Shown: positions 59,320-64,000 of the stretch, in pieces
Layout: the number at the start of each line of letters is the position of its first letter
Numbering within the stretch: the stretch's first letter is position 1
NCBI RefSeq assembly: GCF_052425735.1
Contig: NC_135766.1
Coordinates: 12,896,001 to 12,960,000 of the forward strand
Direction: 5' to 3'
From: Oculina patagonica
Lineage: Eukaryota
Length of the DNA: 64,000 bases
Made by a program: the position numbers and the translations under genes
Notes under the pieces: model-generated
What the model was told of the DNA's origin: nothing
What the model saw: the letters and a program-made list of their open reading frames with translations, nothing else
Database searches by the model: none

Positions 59320-62300
59320 ATGAAGATGGCAGCTGCTGCACCTTCACCCCTGGCCAGCTCTGTAGAGAAAACAAATGGAGCCAAACTCAGCAGACTTCTT
59401 ATTGATGGTGGAACAACGGTTCTGAGGAATGCTTTCGATAGTTATCATCCTCCTGCAAACCTGGCTGCTGATCTCAATGCAAACTATGCAACTCTTGACA
59501 ATCTCTTAAGGAGAAGAGTCTTGCGTGCAGCTCAGTGGGACCAACTGTTCCCACCTGGTGGAGCTGCACCAGACTCCAATACATTCGATATAACTCTTTT
59601 ATTCGTCCTTTTGACCAACATTTGTGGACTTTATCCTCCTCCCTTAGGATGGCACAATTTCCCACTCCCAAGTGACACATCTCTTGAGGCAAACCTTTGT
59701 CGCATTAAGTTTTTCCGCAATGAGTTGTATGGTCATATATCGACCACTGGTGTTGATACACCAACTTTTACTTCTCTGTGGCAGGAAATTAGTGCTGTTC
59801 TTGTTGCTCTTGGTTTGAATCAGGCGGAAATTGATAGATTGAAGGCAGAGCATTGTGGAGAGGAAGATTATCTTGACGCGTTACTTGACTGGGCTGATAG
59901 TGAAGAGGATATCAAATCACAGTTGAAGGGCATACGTCAGGGTCAGACCGAAACACAACAAAGTATTGCAGAGGTACGTCAAACTCAACTTCAAGAACTT
60001 AAAACCCTTGAGGAAAGCCAGTCAAAACTGCAAGAATTACATCAAATCCAGACGACGACACAACAAACTGTCGAGGAAGTACGTCAGACCCAGCTAGAAG
60101 TCCATAAAGCGCTTCAGGATACCAAGTCAAAACTGGATGAAGTACATCAAACCGACAGTAACATGGAAGGAACTGTTGAGAGAGTACATCAGACGCAACT
60201 AGAAGACCGTGAAACACTCCAGGATAACAAGTCAAAGCTGGAAGAAGTACATCAGACCCTGACCAAAACACAAGAAACTGTCGAAGCTGTAGCAAAAACC
60301 CAAGATGAACGTTTTGAAGCTGTTGAAGCAGGTCTCCAGGAAATAAAGCAAACATTTGGTATGTTCAGAAAAAAGGACACTAAAAGCCGAGCTGATGAAG
60401 TCTTAAGCAACCTTGCCAAGTCGGAGTTCAAAGGAGACATTGAGTATCACGTGGGACGATTTCAAGAAGGCACACGTGAGTGGGTGTTTAACAAAGTTCA
60501 AAACTGGTTAGATGACAGAAACTCTCCAAACCGCGTGATGGTGATCAGCGCCAACGCCGGAATGGGAAAATCAGTTATTTCTGCCGTCACATGCAAAATA
60601 ATGCAAGAAGATGGAAGACTGTCAGGAAGCCATTTTTGTCAGCATAATAACGCACATTACCGAAATCCTCAGCTCATGCTTCAGTCCTTGGCCTGTCACT
60701 TGTGCCATGCTTTGCCAGAGTACAAACAAGCTCTTGTGAATCGGCTCTCAAGAAATCTGGGTAAAGATCTCAACAACATGGGTGTGGAGGAGTTGTTTGC
60801 ACTGCTGTTTAAAGAACCTCTAAGCACTGTAGCTGACCCTGGAAGAAACATGCTAACGGTGATAGATGGCCTGGATGAATGTGAATACCAAGAACGGAAT
60901 GAACTGCTAGATGTGATTTGCAACCACTTTTACAAGCTTCCATGTTGGATTCGATTTCTATGTACGACCCGTCCAGAGAGGAACATAGCAGAGGCATTAA
61001 AACATTTGAAGCCGTTTCAGCTGGAATCAAATGATGAAAAGAATGCGGTAGACATCAAACGGTTCTTTCAGAAGAGGACGGAACATCTAATCCAAACAGA
61101 AAATAAAGGCGCTATTGTGGAAAAGCTTGTAGAGAAGTCTGAAGGACTCATGCTTTACGCGTACTTTCTTGTGTCATTTCTTGACGAGAATGTAGCAACT
61201 TTGGAACAAGGAGATCTTGGTGGCAGCTTACCATTGGCAATTTCTTCAGTCTACCATTCCTATTTCAAACGACTAGAGAATGAACTAAGGAAGGAACTAG
61301 GCGTCAAGGAAGATGATTTTCTGAATTTGTTAAGTGCTGTTACCGCATCAAGAGAGCCCTTGCCCATTGGCTTTGTTTCTAAAGTTTTGTTACCTTGTGC
61401 TAACTCACCAGTTACAAGGCGTAAAGTACTTAAAGCTATTGGCAGCGTGTCATCGCTTCTCCCCATTCGCGATGGTTGTGTACATGTTATTCACAAGTCA
61501 GTTAAAGACTGGTTGACAGACACATCATGTTACGGAGAGCATGTTTTTACCGTGGACGAGAAGGAAGGCCATCGCATTCTTGCAAGCCTCTGTGCTGATG
61601 AACTTGATGAACTGAAACTCAAAGGTGTACGTGACCCAGTGCTTAGCTCCACTGAGAAGTATGCGCTACATCATGGTGCACCACACATGTTGCAGTTAGA
61701 GGAGAATATGAGACCAGGTGGATGTAGCCTGGAGCAGTGTGTACAAAGATATGTGATTGACTTAGAGCTTGTGTATGCAAAGCTCTTTGTAAGCACCTCG
61801 TTACCAGCTGAAGACATCTTATGGCTTCAACGGCAGGAAATCTCTCGGGCGCTGTCTGAAGATTGTGAAGGTTTGTTGAACACCTTAATTTACCTGTTAC
61901 GAAAGTACCACAACACTTTCGCAAATCATCCTCATGTGTTTTTCGAAACCGTGCTGAATATGGGAGGAACAGTACTATCTTCTATGGCATCGAGCCTGTT
62001 GCAAAACAAATATCCAGAAATACCATATATGGAATTTGTGCACAAGCAGATGCAGCAGGGAGCTGTTCAAGCTCGATTTCAATGTTCGTCTAAAGTGGCT
62101 TGTTTTGATGTTTCTCCGCAGTTAGACTACATGGTGTGTGAATGTGACGAGGGAATGATTCAGCTGTGGTCACTCCATACTGGCAAGCTAATATGGGAGC
62201 GTCCGGTGTTGGAAAAGAAACTTCACTTCGGGAATGGAGCTTACAGAATATCACCTTCAGCTTCACATGTCTTGTCATTTTACCGCTCAGTCGTTTTCCA

Positions 62301-63899
62301 CCCCACTGATGAAGTGGTCTTACCAGGATTCCTTAGCCATGCCTATAATTTTGACGGAGACCTGAAACCACTGTTTCCCCAAAGTAGCTGCAAATTCACA
62401 GTTTGCTCAATTTCAGGAGACAAGACCACGATGCTAACTGATTGCCCTGACGATGCAAAATGCATTAGTATGTGGAGTCTAAAGAATGGTTCAGAGATTA
62501 CTCGTACCACAAGAGATGAATATGTTTTATCTTTTGCTTGGTCACGAGATGGGAGGCTGCTGGCAATTTCTCATTCCACGGGTACCATTTCTATTGTTGA
62601 TGTGATGGATGGTTTTAGAACACTGACAGAAAAGAACATCCAAGAAAGTTGTGGAATGATAAAGTTCTCACCTGGCTGTCGATCTCTTTGGTGTTTTGGT
62701 GGAGTACATTTGCTAAATCACTGTTTTTGTTTGAATATCAATATGGCGGAACATCCGAATTGTGCGTTAGATGTCAGGAAATCTTATGGCAAATCCTTTG
62801 TGTCCTGGGAATTTGAGTCACGTAGTGAGGTTGGATTTTTGTTAGGAGATCCTATTTCAACTTTGAATGTGAAATTCGATTTTGTGTTAAATAAGGAAAC
62901 TGTATTGAGGGGTTCTCCTGGTGATACTTTCATAGACATGTTGCATATTAATGAACTACTGGAAACTGACGGAGAAGCTACATTCAGCAGGATTAAAGAA
63001 ATTGTATTTTCTTTGAGTGGCGAGACCGTTTATGTTGTCGGCGATGCCAAAGAACCAAAAGTCAGAGCTTGGGATGTTTCAAGTGGAGAGCTCGTTGGGC
63101 AGCTTACTCTAAACGCAACTCATCTCGTAACTGAGAATTGCCTTGTAGCTGTGAAAGAAGGTGTTTTATTAATAACAGGAACTGGTACTCTTGAGATGTG
63201 GAACTTTGAATTGTCTAAGTGTGTCCGTAATTGGACCGATGTATACAAAGTCAGAAAGATCATCCCCATATCAGAAGAACGAGTGGCGTGTTTGGCAAAA
63301 TGGGGAAATGAGAACAAAGTAATCATACTGGATACAACAAATGGAAAAATTATGTCGACAATCCCACGGGATGCTGGTCACTGGATGCTGGTTGCATGTA
63401 ACAGTAAGTGTCAGGTGTTAACCTACAAACGACGTCCCACCGTCTTTGAGCTGTTGGATGGCAGAACCACGGTCTGGAAAACCAATCTTCGTTCCCTCGA
63501 TTATCTTCGATTTGGTATGTTTTCTCCTGCTGAACGGTTTGTTGTAGTTTGCGTAATAGGCAAAGGAAAGCCATGCACAGTGTATGTCCTCGATGCCGTT
63601 TCCGGAGAAAAACTACACACATTATGGAGAAGCGAGGAGTTCTGGCTTCGTCCGGATTGCAAATTCGTCAGTGACGAGGAATGTGTTATCAGCTTAGCTG
63701 CAGTAGGTTATTGTCTTCATCTGTTTAACGTCAAGTCTGGTGACCTGCTGAGTGTAATCGATCTGGAAAATGAAGTGAATTGTTTAGCAGCCTGTCCTCG
63801 TAAGCGTCTTCTCGCCATTGATCAAAGGCTCCCTCAACTCGGATTCAAACTTATCCAGGTGTCGTTACCGCAAGATAAAGACAGCAAGAAGAACAAAAG
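59320..63899 (+). CDS. NLR-like STAND protein, paralog 2, main coding exon (HEPN - coiled coil - NACHT - WD40)
   Basis: Collinear with paralog 1, with RNELYGH, ANAGMGKS and VIDGLDE intact. Acceptor CAG at 59271-59273. GTGAGT donor at 63900, so the last exon is probably outside the window. Confidence 0.93.
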
Positions 63900-64000
63900 G
63901 TGAGTGATTACGAACAATGTTAAAAAGTTAAGAGGTAAATATGTAATTCTTAAAATGTTATTCGGAATAGCGATTTATTGTAATGGACAAATGCACATCA

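Overview
AT-rich, intron-containing animal genomic DNA. The repeat and gene content points to a cnidarian, probably a stony coral (inference); it is not prokaryotic. The host content is two tandem paralogous NLR-like STAND genes on the + strand (27202-31766 plus a predicted last exon, and 59320-63899). Each encodes a DZIP3-type HEPN domain with an intact R-x5-H motif, a 35-aa-repeat coiled coil, a NACHT NTPase and WD40 repeats. Both appear to be preceded by related ~60-nt exon-like units, most containing ATGTGA. The rest is mostly mobile DNA: an intact Mag-like Ty3/gypsy element with identical LTRs, a decayed Mag-like element holding two nested AcademH-like elements, a 5'-truncated Penelope-like element with a minimal hammerhead ribozyme, two tRNA-derived SINEs, several MITEs, and a 4.8-kb foldback structure. 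There is also a 5.76-kb miniature Polinton/Maverick (AGTAGT...ACTACT ends, 6-bp TSD) whose right 1.54 kb is an inverted copy of its left end, including coding sequence. All family assignments come from motif recognition by eye; no searches were run.
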